A stretch of DNA of 63,760 bases, counting the filler, from Octopus bimaculoides (Eukaryota), in the NCBI RefSeq assembly GCF_001194135.2. It is 7 parts of 7 records of this genome, joined end to end, with 100 filler letters (N's around TTAATTAATTAA, not from the genome) between each part and the next. Parts side by side here need not be neighbours in the genome. Positions count along the whole stretch, not along the records: positions 30,411 to 42,596 come from NC_069010.1; positions 42,697 to 57,880 come from NC_068981.1; 5 more parts are not named here. One strand, written 5' to 3'. A model generated the notes under the pieces. The model was given only the letters and a program-made list of their open reading frames with translations, was not told where the DNA came from and made no database searches. The translations under genes and the position numbers were made by a program. Numbering within the stretch: the first letter of the stretch is position 1; the number at the start of each line of letters is the position of its first letter. Below are positions 40,116-53,218 of this stretch, one piece after another.

Positions 40116-40460
40116 AGGCGGCGAGCTGGCAGAAATGTTTAAAAATGCTGAGCGAAATGCTTAGTGGTATTTCGTCTGTCTTTCCGTTCTGAGTTCAAAT
40201 GCTGCCGAGGTCGACTTTGCCTTTCATCGTTTCGGATCGTTAAATTAGGTACCAGTTGCGTACTGGCTCGATCTAGTCGACTGGTCCCCTCCCCAAAATT
40301 GTCGGGCCTTGTGCCTTTTACGCTCTGAGTTCAAATGCTGCCGGGGTCGACTTTGCCTTTCATCGTTTCGGGTCGATAAATTAGGTACCAGTTGCTTACT
40401 GGAGTCCATCTTGTCGACTGGCCTCCTCCCGTAAAATTTTGAGCCGTATGCCTAGAGTAG
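40116..40460 (+). mobile_element. SINE family A copy with internal tandem duplication
   Basis: The body segment gttctgagttcaaatgctgcc...gtcgactgg occurs twice (about 40187 and 40322). Confidence 0.8.
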
Positions 40461-40882
40461 AAAAGATTATTTTTTTTTTTTATAAAATATGCACTCAGCA
40501 TCAAACTGCCTACAAATTACAGAGCATTGTGGTTTTGTTATGACTAAGCCAGCATTTACGATGGTCTTGCTGATATTTTCAGTTTGTTTGTTTTTTCTTT
40601 CTTTTTTTTTTCTTTTTTTTCCGTTTACTCTTTTACTTGTTTCAGTCATTTGACTGCGGCCATACTGGAGCACCACTTTTAGTCGAACAAATCGACCCCA
40701 GGATTTATTCTTTGTAAGCCTCATACTTATCCTATCGGCATCTTTTTTTCCGAACTGCTAGGTTACGCGGACGTAAGCACACCAACATTAGTTGTCAAGC
40801 GATGGGAGTGGGGACAAACACACACATACACACACACATACACATATATATATATACATACGACGGGCTTCTTTCAGTTTCC

Positions 40883-41109
40883 TTATTTCTTTATTGCCCA
40901 CAAGGGGCTAAACATAGAGGGGACAAACAAGGACAAAGGGATTAAGTCGATAACATCGACCCCAGTGCGTAACTGGTACTTATTTTATCGATCCCGATAG
41001 GATGAAAGGCAAAGTCGACCTCGGCGGAATTTGAACTCAGAACGTAACGGCAGACGAAATACCGCTAAGCATTTCGCCCGGCGTTGCTAACGTTTCTGCC
41101 AGCTCGCCG
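40883..41109 (-). mobile_element. tRNA-type SINE family A copy inserted into a family B SINE, with target-site duplication
   Basis: Head ggcgagctggcaga...gagttcaaattccgcc (A/B-box like). gcttctttcagtttcc is duplicated at 40867-40882 and 41110-41125. Confidence 0.85.
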
Positions 41110-41285
41110 GCTTCTTTCAGTTTCCGTCTACCAAGTCCACTCACAAGGCTTTGATCGGCCTGAGGTTATAGTAGAAGACACATGCCCAAGTGCCACGCTG
41201 TAGGACTGAACCCGGAACCACACAGTCACTCCTTTGTTTTTCTCTTTTCGTTTGTTTGTTTGTTTCTCAATGCAGAGGATATAAA

Positions 41286-41405
41286 ATGCCAGAGAATATA
41301 CTACTTGCTGCTCAGATACAGTCTTCTGTCCAAATCTACTGCAGATGTTTTGTTGCATATACGACAAGATTGCTTTATTTCTATTCAACTCAAAGAACAT
41401 ATCAG
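41286..41405 (+). CDS. Candidate upstream exon (41276-41405), ATG at 41286, phase-0 donor
   Basis: Long polypyrimidine tract ending tgcag at 41275, donor CAG|GTGAGG at 41405/41406, and an aaaATG context. 40 codons (MPENILLAAQ...QRTYQ) are in frame with the 60676 exon. No homology recognised. Confidence 0.35.
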
Positions 41406-41988
41406 GTGAGGGAATATGCACTGAATCTACTGGGTTTTGTTATCCGTGATAGACAGCTATTTTACACATAGAAAGCGTATTTTTTATACTCACCTCACGA
41501 GCTGTTATATAATCCAGAGTTAAACAGTGTTTCTCGGTGTATATTTTCTCAGAGTAGCATTTTCCATTTACCGATAGTATAAATTACTCATTCTCCACCA
41601 ATTCTATGAAGCTGGTGTGTTTTGTGAAAAATGACTGATTTTTTTTCTTTTCTTTCTTTGTTTTTTTGTTGTTGTTTTTTTTTTGGTTCCGTATTTATTA
41701 TTCTTTGTATTTTCGAGCAATTTAGCAAGAGGTTACATGGGGTTTACTGACACCAGCTTTCAAGCTCTTGTTTGCTTCGCATTTATATGCAGTTCTCGTT
41801 TACATTTCAGTGTGTGTGTGTTTTTCTATCTCTCTCTACACACACAGACACACATTATATATATATATTTCTATATAAAACACATTCATTCAATCCTATG
41901 GGAAGTTCTGTGAGATCAACATGTAAAGATAGATACGTGTGTGTGTGTGTGTTTCTATCGCTCTGCTACTCTCTTTCTCTCTATTTCT

Positions 41989-42019
<31 letters not shown>

Positions 42020-43119
42020 TTATATATATATATTTGTATATAAAACACATTCATTCAATCCTATGGGAAGTTTTGTGAGATTAACATGTAAAGATAGAGA
42101 GATAGATAGATAAGTGTGTGTGTGTGTGTGTGTCGCTTTGAGTATGTATACAAGCATACACACATATGTACTTATATGGAGTCTGGTTGCACGCGCGTGT
42201 GTTTATATATGCGTGTATATGTATTTGTGTGTAATTTAAAGATGCATTCATCCGGCGGACAGGCTTTAACGCGAAAATAGCCTTAACCAAAAGGTCTGGA
42301 TATATACGTCTCTCCGCGTCTCTGTGTGTGTGGGGGTGGGTGCCTGCATATTTAATAAAGATCCTATCGGTCGACCTTCAAAGTATTATTTTTCTCTATT
42401 GTCAACATTCGCTTTCTTGCTTCTTTTATTTTTTTTTTTTATGTTCTCGTTATGTCACAGGAGAGATTTCAAAGTTAGTTCGTATGCTTTGTCGAAAATG
42501 TTTTGTATAAAGCCAGCACATTGCTCCCTCACCAACGAGGACACTAACGTGCATCTGTTCTATTTTACATAAATATATTTATATATATATATATATNNNN
42601 NNNNNNNNNNNNNNNNNNNNNNNNNNNNNNNNNNNNNNNNTTAATTAATTAANNNNNNNNNNNNNNNNNNNNNNNNNNNNNNNNNNNNNNNNNNNNGGGA
42701 ACGATGAGAACACCGAACCCCACACACAATGCTAAACTAAGAACCTTTAAACACCCATACACACAAAACAATTCAAGAGTTTAACATCACCATCCATCAG
42801 ACCCAAATCCCTACTTTTACACGGACAGCTCTTACTAACACAAACAACAACCATCATTTTATAGCCCCAGAACAGGGAAAACGGGACACATTTTGGAACA
42901 TACACAATACCAGCCAAAGAACCCCTAGACATCTATACACGCAAAGCAACCCAAGACAACAAAATCACCATACAATCCAACCTTAACTCCAACTTGTCCA
43001 CGGAGTTTCATGCCAACACAACCACAACCAACATTTTTTGGCCCCAGACTAGAGAAAACGGGACACAGGTTGGAACTTGATACACAGGAGAAACAGAAGG
43101 TAATTAACTTGTCATAATT

Positions 43120-43940
43120 AACCGAAGGTAATTAACTCTCTCATCCACAAAGATCAATATCCTATCTAAAGGGTTAAAATTCACCCCAACACCACGCAGA
43201 GCCAACTAAAATGAAATCAAGGACAATGTTTCAGACTTCTGAAGGAGATTAAGGCTTATAGAAACACTGACTGATTATAATAGCGAAGACGATTCACTCG
43301 TCAAAAACAGAAGTGAACACATCCCCCTACAAAGAAATAAATAAAACATCTCGACGAATTCTGCTACTACATCGAAAATTTCCCCTACCACGCCCTGCAC
43401 AAACAAAAAATTACTTCAAATTTCAGCATCACCCAAATGGAAAGAACTAACTGAACTACAAAACAATGAAGAAATAACAAAGAAGCAGATAAAAGAAGTG
43501 CAGTAGTGGTAATGGACACATTTTTCTACAAAAATCTAGTAGTATCCATACTTAATAATGACGAACACTACGAAAAAACCTCAATAATTACCCCGTCCCC
43601 CGCCAAAAAGAAAAAAATTATGAAAAACCTCTTTTTACTTATCCAAACCCACGGAAAAGCCATTGTAAACCCAGCCTATTCTATGATCTACCTAAAATTC
43701 ACAAAAACCAAACTATAAACGAAGCCATCAAAAAATCTCCAAAGGCATACATACATACACCAGCACCAGGAGACCTTAAGTTACGGCCCGTTGAAGCTGG
43801 ACCATCCTGTGAAACACATTGATTAAGTTGCCTCATGGACATTCTCCTAAAACCATTTCTAAAACATACCAAGGGTCATATTAGAGATGACTTAGACATG
43901 TTAAATCACCTTCCAGGAAGGGTTGAGGAGGAAACAATCA
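43120..43940 (+). mobile_element. Decayed Penelope-like element, N-terminal RT region
   Basis: LSKGLKFTPTP, EADKRSAVVVMD, YDLPKIHK and LRPVEAGP..THxLSCLMDILLKPFL...HIRD motifs across frameshifts. Confidence 0.8.
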
Positions 43941-43949
43941 TAGTCCCAA

Positions 43950-44864
43950 AGACCCTTCTCTTTGTTAAGTGAACTGTGGAAGATAATCCTCATTGCATGG
44001 CCTCTGACATAGCAGAACACGTTGATGTCAGTCCCAGAACAGCTGCTAGGTATCTCCACAAACTTGGCTACTATGGCAGAGCAGCAAGAACGAAGCCACT
44101 TCTTTGACCGGCCAATATCAAGCGGAAAAAAAATTGGGCCAGTGAGATGATGGAGTGGTCGCTAGCATTTTGGGACACTGTCATATTCTTCAGTGAGTCC
44201 AGATTTGCTTTATTTTCTGACACTGGTCGAGTGTGGGTCTGGAGATTCTGTGATCAAGAATTTGACACGAAAAGATTGCAGCCAACAATGAAATATGACA
44301 GCTATCCTGTGATGGTCTGGGGAGTAATTTGGAGCAATGGTCATTCAGAGTCGGTGGAGTGTGAGAGTAACGTAAACTCAGATAAATATGTGTGCATATT
44401 GCAGAAAGGGCTCCTTCCAATCTTCTCCAGTGATGAAATGATTAAAGAAGACTTTATTTATGGAAAATGGGGCTCCTTGACACACGGTTAAAATGACCCA
44501 AGATTTGTTGGATGAGAATGGCATTAAAAAGCTTCCATGGCCAAATCAGTCACCAGATATGAATCCTATTGAACACCTCTGGGGCATAATGGACAGGGCA
44601 CTTCACAAAAAGAACAAGAAAGCATCTTCAAAGCCAGACCTTTTGAGATTATTGCATGAAACTTGGCTAGAAATTCCTCGACAGAATATTGGTCATCTGA
44701 TCATTAACATGCCTAATAGGGCCCTTGCATTGAAGAATGCAAGGGGCATGTCCACCAAATATTAAATATTCACATTATAACAATTAATAAATAATTTGAA
44801 TATATAATTTTAGATTTAAAAAGTTTTAGCGATTATAAGGGTGTCTATTTACTTCTGTCATGTA
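43950..44864 (+). mobile_element. Tc1-family (DD34E-type) transposon remnant, 5' truncated
   Basis: VIFFSESRF, VMVWGVI, KLPWPNQSPDMNPIEHLW and NMPNR..ALKNARGMSTKY, with a stop and frameshift. TIR-like gggtgtctatttacttctgtcatg followed by TA. Confidence 0.9.
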
Positions 44865-46224
44865 TATATATATATATATGGATCTATTTTAAAACGGGGG
44901 CCACATTTTTCATTAATGTTTTACGTAGTGTTTTTGGTACGGAAAGACTTTCAAACTTCGTATACTTATCTATTTTGTGTTATAGAACAGAAAAATATTT
45001 TTGTATTCGAATTTATTTCATGTAAAAAATTGTCTTATTTCGATAATTTCAACCAATCACTGACAAGTATTCAGTTGTTTATATTTACTCCTTTAGCTGN
45101 NNNNNNNNNNNNNNNNNNNNNNNNNNNNNNNNNNNNNNNNNNNNNNNNNNNNNNNNNNNNNNNNNNNNNNNNNNNNNNNNNNNNNNNNNNNNNNNNNNNN
45201 NNNNNNNNNNNNNNNNNNNNNNNNNNNNNNNNNNNNNNNNNNNNNNNNNNNNNNNNNNNNNNNNNNNNNNNNNNNNNNNNNNNNNNNNNNNNNNNNNNNN
45301 NNNNNNNNNNNNNNNNNNNNNNNNNNNNNNNNNNNNNNNNNNNNNNNNNNNNNNNNNNNNNNNNNNNNNNNNNNNNNNNNNNNNNNNNNNNNNNNNNNNN
45401 NNNNNNNNNNNNNNNNNNNNNNNNNNNNNNNNNNNNNNNNNNNNNNNNNNNNNNNNNNNNNNNNNNNNNNNNNNNNNNNNNNNNNNNNNNNNNNNNNNNN
45501 NNNNNNNNNNNNNNNNNNNNNNNNNNNNNNNNNNNNNNNNNNNNNNNNNNNNNNNNNNNNNNNNNNNNNNNNNNNNNNNNNNNNNNNNNNNNNNNNNNNN
45601 NNNNNNNNNNNNNNNNNNNNNNNNNNNNNNNNNNNNNNNNNNNNNNNNNNNNNNNNNNNNNNNNNNNNNNNNNNNNNNNNNNNNNNNNNNNNNNNNNNNN
45701 NNNNNNNNNNTATATATATATATATATATATATATCTGTGTGTGTGTGTGTTTGTGTGCGTGTGATGGGCTTACGCGCATCTACTAAAGGTACCAGGCGG
45801 TGGACGCGAGCCCGGAACTACGTGGTTGCGAAGTCAACTTCTTAAACAGTCGTGCTTATAAGCATATTTTTACTCTTGTCATAACAGTTCTTCTTAATCC
45901 ACGACGATGCGAGATCATAAATATTCTCAGCAGTCAAGCGAAAAAAACATAACAATTGTTATTGCTAACTCATTGACTGAGATGTGTAGCTAGAGACGTT
46001 ATATTAGCTTTTGCTCCAACGTCTGTGGTAAGCAAAACAGTGATGTATGGGGGTGTGCATGTGTATTATATATGCATATTCACATACGTGTGTACGTTTG
46101 TGCTTATGTGTATGTCTGTGCGGTGTATGTGCATGCGTACGTGTGTGTGCGCGTCGTCATGGCCATTACTATTATTACCGAGAGGAAGCTGCTGTAAGTC
46201 ACTCGATCTGCTAAAGATAGCAGC

Positions 46225-46277
<53 letters not shown>

Positions 46278-47563
46278 CCATCTCCACTTTACTACCTTTT
46301 AAAAAGAACACATTGCTTAATGTACTCCCGAATACACAATGCTGAAAAATAAATAAATAAAGACGTGATGGCCATAGCTGGAACAACAAATAAATGCTAT
46401 ATTTTGGTGAGAGAAAAGAGATGGCGTTAGTAGATTAGTAATATCACGGTTATTTATGTTGTGGAGTCGGTTTAGAGCCCATATTATTTATCCTTATCGA
46501 GTAGATCTGTGACAAAAGATAATCAAACCGTGACCATCAAGACATAGTATATAACAAAATACTTTATCAAGTGTATCTTGAACTCTATCTTCTCTATTAT
46601 CATACCTTTTACTTGTTTCAGTCATTAGACTGCGGTCATGTTGGAGCACCGCCTTCAAGAATTTTTAATCGAATGAATCGACCCCAGTACTTATTTTTAA
46701 AGCCTGGTACTTATTCTATCGATCTCTTTTCCCGAACCGCTAAGTTACAGGGACGTAAGCACACTAACACCAGTTGTCAAGCGGTGGTGACGAAACAAAC
46801 TCAGACACAAAGACACACATGCTTTTTAATCAGGCCGTGTACAAAAGACACACACACACATAAATACATACATACATACATATATACGACAAGCTTCTTT
46901 TCAGTTTCTATCAACCAAATCCACGCACAAAGCTCTGGTCGGCCCAAAGTAACGCGCAGTGGGACTGAACCGGGAATCATGTGGTTGGGAAGCAAGCTTC
47001 TTACTACAGAGCTACTCCTGCGCCTATTAGTCAAATGTTTTATTCCTCTTTTTTGATATGGCAGATGTGACTTGAGGGAGATTTGGTTGCTAATTTTTGA
47101 AGATCGAATAAACGCATCTATCGTTGGCTAGTCTACGTTATAGTCATTGCTTTTCCTTGCTAGAAAAGGCAGCCAAATCTCCCCACCATCAAGAAAATGG
47201 ATGACACGTTGAACAGTGTAATTCTGGATATAAAAACACCGGATGGTTCCGACTGGAATGTCTCTAAATGTGCGTGCTTATTCAGTCACGCCTGACCTAG
47301 GGCTAAACAACCACAAAAACTCTCCGTCGACGAAAGCAGCGAGGGTTTAGGAGAAGTTAAGAAGGCTTCGTTAATAAATGATGCGTTTAATAGTGACACG
47401 CGTGCTGCCCACGCGCCATTTTCCCTCCAATGTCAGCCTACCATATTTATAAAACCTTTTCTTTTTCTTTCTAAACAGCAATTATCTATAAACGTGTCGA
47501 AAAAGCATGGTTAAAGGCCAGATATAATGGTGGCCAAACATTTGGCAAGTTGCTTTCTCAGCA

Positions 47564-47577
47564 GTGCCACCTGCTGG
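47564..47577 (-). promoter_or_regulatory. CTCF consensus site
   Basis: Reverse strand reads CCAGCAGGTGGCAC, a 14/14 match to CCASYAGRKGGCRS. A YY1-like CGCCATTTT lies at 47414-47422. Confidence 0.45.
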
Positions 47578-47692
47578 AGTATACAGCTCGTTATTGTCCT
47601 ATTTTCCCCCTTTCCTTTTATTTTATGTCGCTAACGCCATCAACAAGCAAGAGGCATTTTCGATGATGTTGTTGTTGTTGTAGTCGTCGTCG

Positions 47693-47756
<64 letters not shown>

Positions 47757-47824
47757 CATTGTTGTTGTTGTTGTCGTCGTCGTCGTTGTTGTTGTTGTTG
47801 TTGTTATTATTATTGTTATTATTA

Positions 47825-47905
<81 letters not shown>

Positions 47906-48769
47906 TTATTATTCAGTGAATGGCGACAGAGAACTCGCGTCTCGTAATTATGTCGTTTATCTGATTTACTATAAACTATAATTTTGGCAGCAGGTGACTG
48001 CAGGTGGCAGCAGATGCTGACGATAAAAGTGATCGATATAGGAGATGACGATGATGATGACGATGGTGATGATGGTGATGGCAGTGTTGCAGGTGGTGGT
48101 AGCGGTGGTGGACATCGTGATGGTGATGACAGCTTGGAATGGTGACTGATTTGATGATGATGGTAACAATTACGACGACGATGTTAACCACATCGATGAT
48201 GATGATGACGATGGTAGCAGTGGTGGTGATGGTGGTGGTGGTGGTGGTGGTGATGGTGGTGGTGGGGTGGTGGTGTTGAGGTGATGCTTTTATTTTGAAA
48301 AGGAAGCGGCATCCATTACATAAAATATCTTATTTGGCTTTTACTCTAGTAATCCTAGCGAGACAGAGATGCAACGTTACCCTCCTGCAAAAACTGATCT
48401 CGGTGCACAATAGAGTTTATTTTAAAAAATTATTGGCACGCATTGCGTGGAAAGAATTTTTTAAGAATACTGTTTAAAAGTTAGAAATTAAAAAATATAT
48501 ATCTTTTATCGTTTACTAGTTTCAGTCAATTTTGATTGCGGCCATGTTGGCGCACCGTCTTGAAGGGGTTTTGTTGAATGAATCGACCCCAGCACTTCAT
48601 TTTTAAGCCTGGGACTTGCCGAACCGCTAAGGACGTAAACACACCAGTTGTCAAGCGGTAGTGGAGGACAAAAACAGACACAAAGACAAGCATGCGAGCG
48701 CGTGCACACACATATACACACACACGTTCTTAATCAAGCCCTGATTTATAGCATAAAAAATTCCGTTTG

Positions 48770-50300
48770 TCCCGACGCGAAATAGATATACTTGCCGCAC
48801 GAGCCACTCTGGTAGATTTTGATGGTAGATTATGGAGTAGATTAGATAAGGAGAATGCATTTGGTATAGAAATGGGCTCATGCGATTCTGCTCTGGTCAC
48901 TGATCTAGTCGGAATATATATCCTTTCATTAATCCAGTCTTCCCAGAAGTAACAGGGGGTCTATACAGGGATGGCGCCTTATTTTTTCTGGACAGAATTA
49001 GCAAAATACAGTTAGAAAGGAATAAGAAAATTTTCTTTACACTTTTTAAAAATTTAGGACTAAACATTACTATGGGTAAAGATTATCGTAGAGTGAATTT
49101 TCTTGACACTACCTTCTGTCTTGATACTGGATTATTTGAACCATTTCATAAGCCAAACGATCATATTAAGTACATTAACGTAGCCTCCAACCATCTACTC
49201 CCGATAATACGGAGATTAGTTAAGAATATTTCGACAAGAATTTCTAGATTATCAGTTAATAATAAAATTTTCGAATCACATGCAACTTATTATAATGCTG
49301 CTCTAGCTAGGGCTGGTTACCGTGAAAAAATTCAATATATACAAGAAGTAGGCATACACAATACAAGTAATTCCTCTAATTGTAATACACATTGTACACC
49401 ACCACAACATCACGGTTTGAGAACTCACTCAGATAAAGAATACAGGCCAGGAAGAATTGGTCATATCAATGAACTACCAACGAAAACTCTTAGACACACG
49501 CGGCAAAATAATCCAACTACTTGTAGAAAACACTTGATCAAATAAGCATGTTTCAGCCAAGATCGCTGGAAAAGTTTTTGCTGCTTTGGACAAATGTTTT
49601 CCTAAAACTAATCGGTATTATGTTATTTCTAATCGGCACACTGTGAAGGTATCCTACGCCAACTCTGCTAATTTAGAGCAGCTTATGCATCGCATAAACA
49701 ATAGCAAAATGCGACAAAAATTCAGTAACCAACCTACTGGATCTAGCAAACATATGCATCTAATACCAGCCAAGGAGATGTAAACCGCAATGATAAACAC
49801 CAATTACGACCAAATTGTAGCAGTAGAAATACTTATGATACAGCTAACACGGCAACAACGTCGGTAAATGGAGTAGGGACTGCCTTATATACAAATAAAT
49901 ATGATAAATACTCATGCAGAAAAAGAATCAAAATGTCCTTGTATATAAATCTTGCATATAAATGTACCGTGCACACAAGGTTTACAATGGGTAGACGGCT
50001 GATTCATTTAAGAATCGTTATCGTAACCATGTCGCCAGCTTTAAGACAATCAATAAGAGACATTCAACATCTTTGGCAGATTTTGTATGGCGACTGAAGG
50101 AGGATAAAATGAAGTACAGCATAACTTGGTCCATAGTAAGGCAAGCGAAACCATACAATATAATTTCCAGGATATGTCGTCTCTACTCCGAGGAATCCTG
50201 TTTATTGTGTGTACTAACGAGAAGATCTTTAATAGAATTTCTGAACGACCCTCGAACTGCCTACACGAATATAAATGTACTTTCGCACAATGCATTGCAA
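48770..50300 (+). mobile_element. Decayed Penelope-like element (RT plus C-terminal GIY-YIG endonuclease)
   Basis: Broken frames give MGSCDSALVTDLVGIYIL, GLYRDG, VNFLDTTF...KPND..YINVASNH, KCFPKTN...NRHTVKVSY and FKNRYRNH..SF...TSLADFVWRLK...YSITWSIVRQAKPY, all typical of PLE polyproteins. Confidence 0.85.
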
Positions 50301-50990
50301 ATGAATTTTGAGTAACCGTTAAAATAATTTAATTTACTTAAAGGTATGGATAACTTAAGTTTACTTTTAACCTCTCAATTCTTACAAACACCAAGTAGGT
50401 AGTTAACTCGCTTTGTGATCATGAGTGCATCAAACCTCACGTGCGCGTATGCTCACATTTTCACGGATGCATATATGAGTGAGTGTGCTTGCGCCATGCA
50501 GCTTGCTCGAGGGCGTTTATACATCCATATTTGTTAACGGTTATTTCTAATACTTTTGTCGCTGGATTGCACGTTCGTTTCTCTTTTTTTTTACATCTGC
50601 GATTTTATTTTTGATGTTCTATATAAATAGAGATATTTCCCCCCGTCTGGCTGCTTTTCTTTCTACAAAACGAGCTGTATCTATTTATCACCCCACGAGA
50701 TACATCTGCACCACTGGATGCTCCTGAACTAGTTGTTGAGTGTCCCACCCATGAAGGATCCATGCTAGATGTGTCGAAACAATTGTCGTGATTAATAATA
50801 GATTCTTGTATATTCCATCTTCCGTCTTTCATTTGCCATATATATAGGAGTGGCTGTGTGGTAAGTAGCTTGCTTACCAACCGCATGCTTCCGGGTTCAG
50901 TCCCACTGCGTGGCACTTTGGGCAAGTATCTTCTACTATAGCCTCGGGCCGACCAAAGCCTTGTAGACGGAAACTGAAAGAAGACCGTCG

Positions 50991-51023
<33 letters not shown>

Positions 51024-51045
51024 ATCTCACATGTCTATATATGTG

Positions 51046-51127
<82 letters not shown>

Positions 51128-52279
51128 TATATAGCAAATAAGTAACAAGGATGTTCCCGTATCAGTGCATTACGGCTGTTTCAATTGATCAATGAAAACA
51201 TTGCATCAATTTGAAATAAACCGCTCTCCTCAGAGCAGACGACCATATAGATTTCTTACATACAAGATACACCATTATAATTTTTTAGCGAATTTTTCGT
51301 CAGTATGAGAGACTAAAATAATTACATTGCTTCTCTTTGCAATTTTTGTGGCTGAAGGAACTTAGGGAAAAAATACTTAAAGCCTACTATAATTTAGAGT
51401 GGCAAAAGAAAGTAATGGGGATCAAGAAAGAGGAATGGTGATATAGCTACATTCATCTTTATCCTTATCACATTCAAAATACTCAATGCAGCATGTAGTC
51501 TACAACCCCTTAGAATTAAATTCATAAGGGAATTGACAGTTAAGTTCTTGATGGTGGTGATAGATTAATTAATGTCAGATACTCTCCCCTACCCCTAATT
51601 TTACTAGGACAATAAAACCAGCGATATCTGCATAAAAGAATGCCTCAGAAGTTGCTAATAAGATAATGATATATAGAGAAGAGGTGATAACCACAAGGAA
51701 GAAGGACAGGGGTGACTTAACATATTATAATTATCAAATAAAAAGGACAGTAGATGGAAAACAAAAGATATCACAATGAGATCTAACTATGGGAACTAAA
51801 GGTACGAGAAAAGATATGCATCCACACTTATCAAAATTTATATAATTAAATATTAAAATTTAGAAAAGGATTTCAAAACCAAGTAAGAGAAGAAGGATAG
51901 ATAAATCAGCCTAAGCCATAAGAGTGGGGTACTTTTATAAATAAGAGAAACCTAAATACGCTTCTTCCTAGCATAATGCTAAGGTGGTCATGCTAAAACT
52001 ATTCAACAATGAACCTATACTTAAATTCACATATCATCCGAGTAGGGATACACATTTTCTATTGAATCAAAACCAAAGATTAAATGCTAAAAAAAATAAC
52101 ATAATTTTTATATCAGATGAATAAGATAAAGATATCAGATAAATAAGATAAAATTTCAATATCAGATAAACTTATTTAAAAACCGTGGAAAAAATATATT
52201 TGTATAAAAATTACCAACATTATGAAAAAAATCTGAAATGATATAAGAAGGTATAAAAAATGCCACATACATAAAAATA

Positions 52280-52315
<36 letters not shown>

Positions 52316-52356
52316 GTATATATATATGTGTGTATATATATATATATGCATGTATG

Positions 52357-52389
<33 letters not shown>

Positions 52390-52457
52390 GTATATATATA
52401 TATATATATATACATATATAAATGTATATATATGTATATATATGTTATATATATATG

Positions 52458-52529
<72 letters not shown>

Positions 52530-52534
<5 letters not shown>

Positions 52535-52775
52535 GAGAATGTACGAAAAAACAACAACAGACGAGGACAGGTGGTGTAAATAACAAAAGGGGCATTACTA
52601 CAGAATAATGCCACACACTGAACTTCCCAAAATAAACACATTTAGTACCGAATGCGAGGAAAAACAACCAACAGAAGAAGACCAACTTTCTTTTAAATAA
52701 CTCAACTATGTATCGACCGATTTTGCGATTACTAGAATGAATCTAGATTTCGCTCATCAGCATAGTATTGTTAAA
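52530..52775 (-). mobile_element. Family D-related element with a different hammerhead module
   Basis: Same about 55-nt terminal segment next to (TA)n as 20490-20545, then unrelated middle sequence and a CUGAUGA hammerhead. Confidence 0.5.
52705..52766 (-). ncRNA. Type I hammerhead fold with canonical CUGAUGA, long stem II and G12 replaced by A
   Basis: Minus strand: actatg CTGATGA gcga-aat-ctaga-ttcat-tctag-taa-tcgc AAAA tcggtcga TA catagt. 6-bp stem I, short stem III, AUA triplet. Confidence 0.5.
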
Positions 52776-53218
52776 AATATATATATATATATAAATAAAC
52801 AGAATTCTCACCTCACCAAAAACGAACACTCTACGTATCCGACAAAGCAAAAGAAATGAAGTTTATCTGTATATATCTTCATCAAAGAAGTGGGAATACT
52901 TCTGGGTTGTTTTTGGTACACGTGTGGAGACAGGAATAAAAATTCAGCATTGAATATATTCCGTGTATATATTTGATTAATAAATTCAAAAAAGGATAAA
53001 AATCTTTTACAAGAATTTTATCAGGAAGCCAGTGTGTAAAAAATTCATAAGGGAAATTTCTATTTCCAAGAATATAATTATTCGTTTATATTTATATAAG
53101 GGGCATTACTACAGAATAATGCCACACACTGGACTTCCTGATAAAAAATACTACAGAATAATGCCACACACTGGCTTCCTGATAAAATTCTTGAATTTTT
53201 CGTTTGTTAGTTGTCTGT

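Noticed and set aside
41276-41405. Weak resemblance of CRCFVAY to the Vestigial/Tondu RCVLFTY motif
   Set aside because: The diagnostic VDEHFxRAL helix is absent, so there is no basis for calling the gene vestigial.
50625-50800. Short complex + strand frame (…NELYLFITPRDTSAPLDAPELVVECPTHEG…)
   Set aside because: No donor site or recognisable homology; could be transposon debris and cannot be supported.
51250-52130. Purine-rich block suggestive of a decayed ORF or endogenous virus
   Set aside because: The frames inspected are riddled with stops and no motif was recognised.
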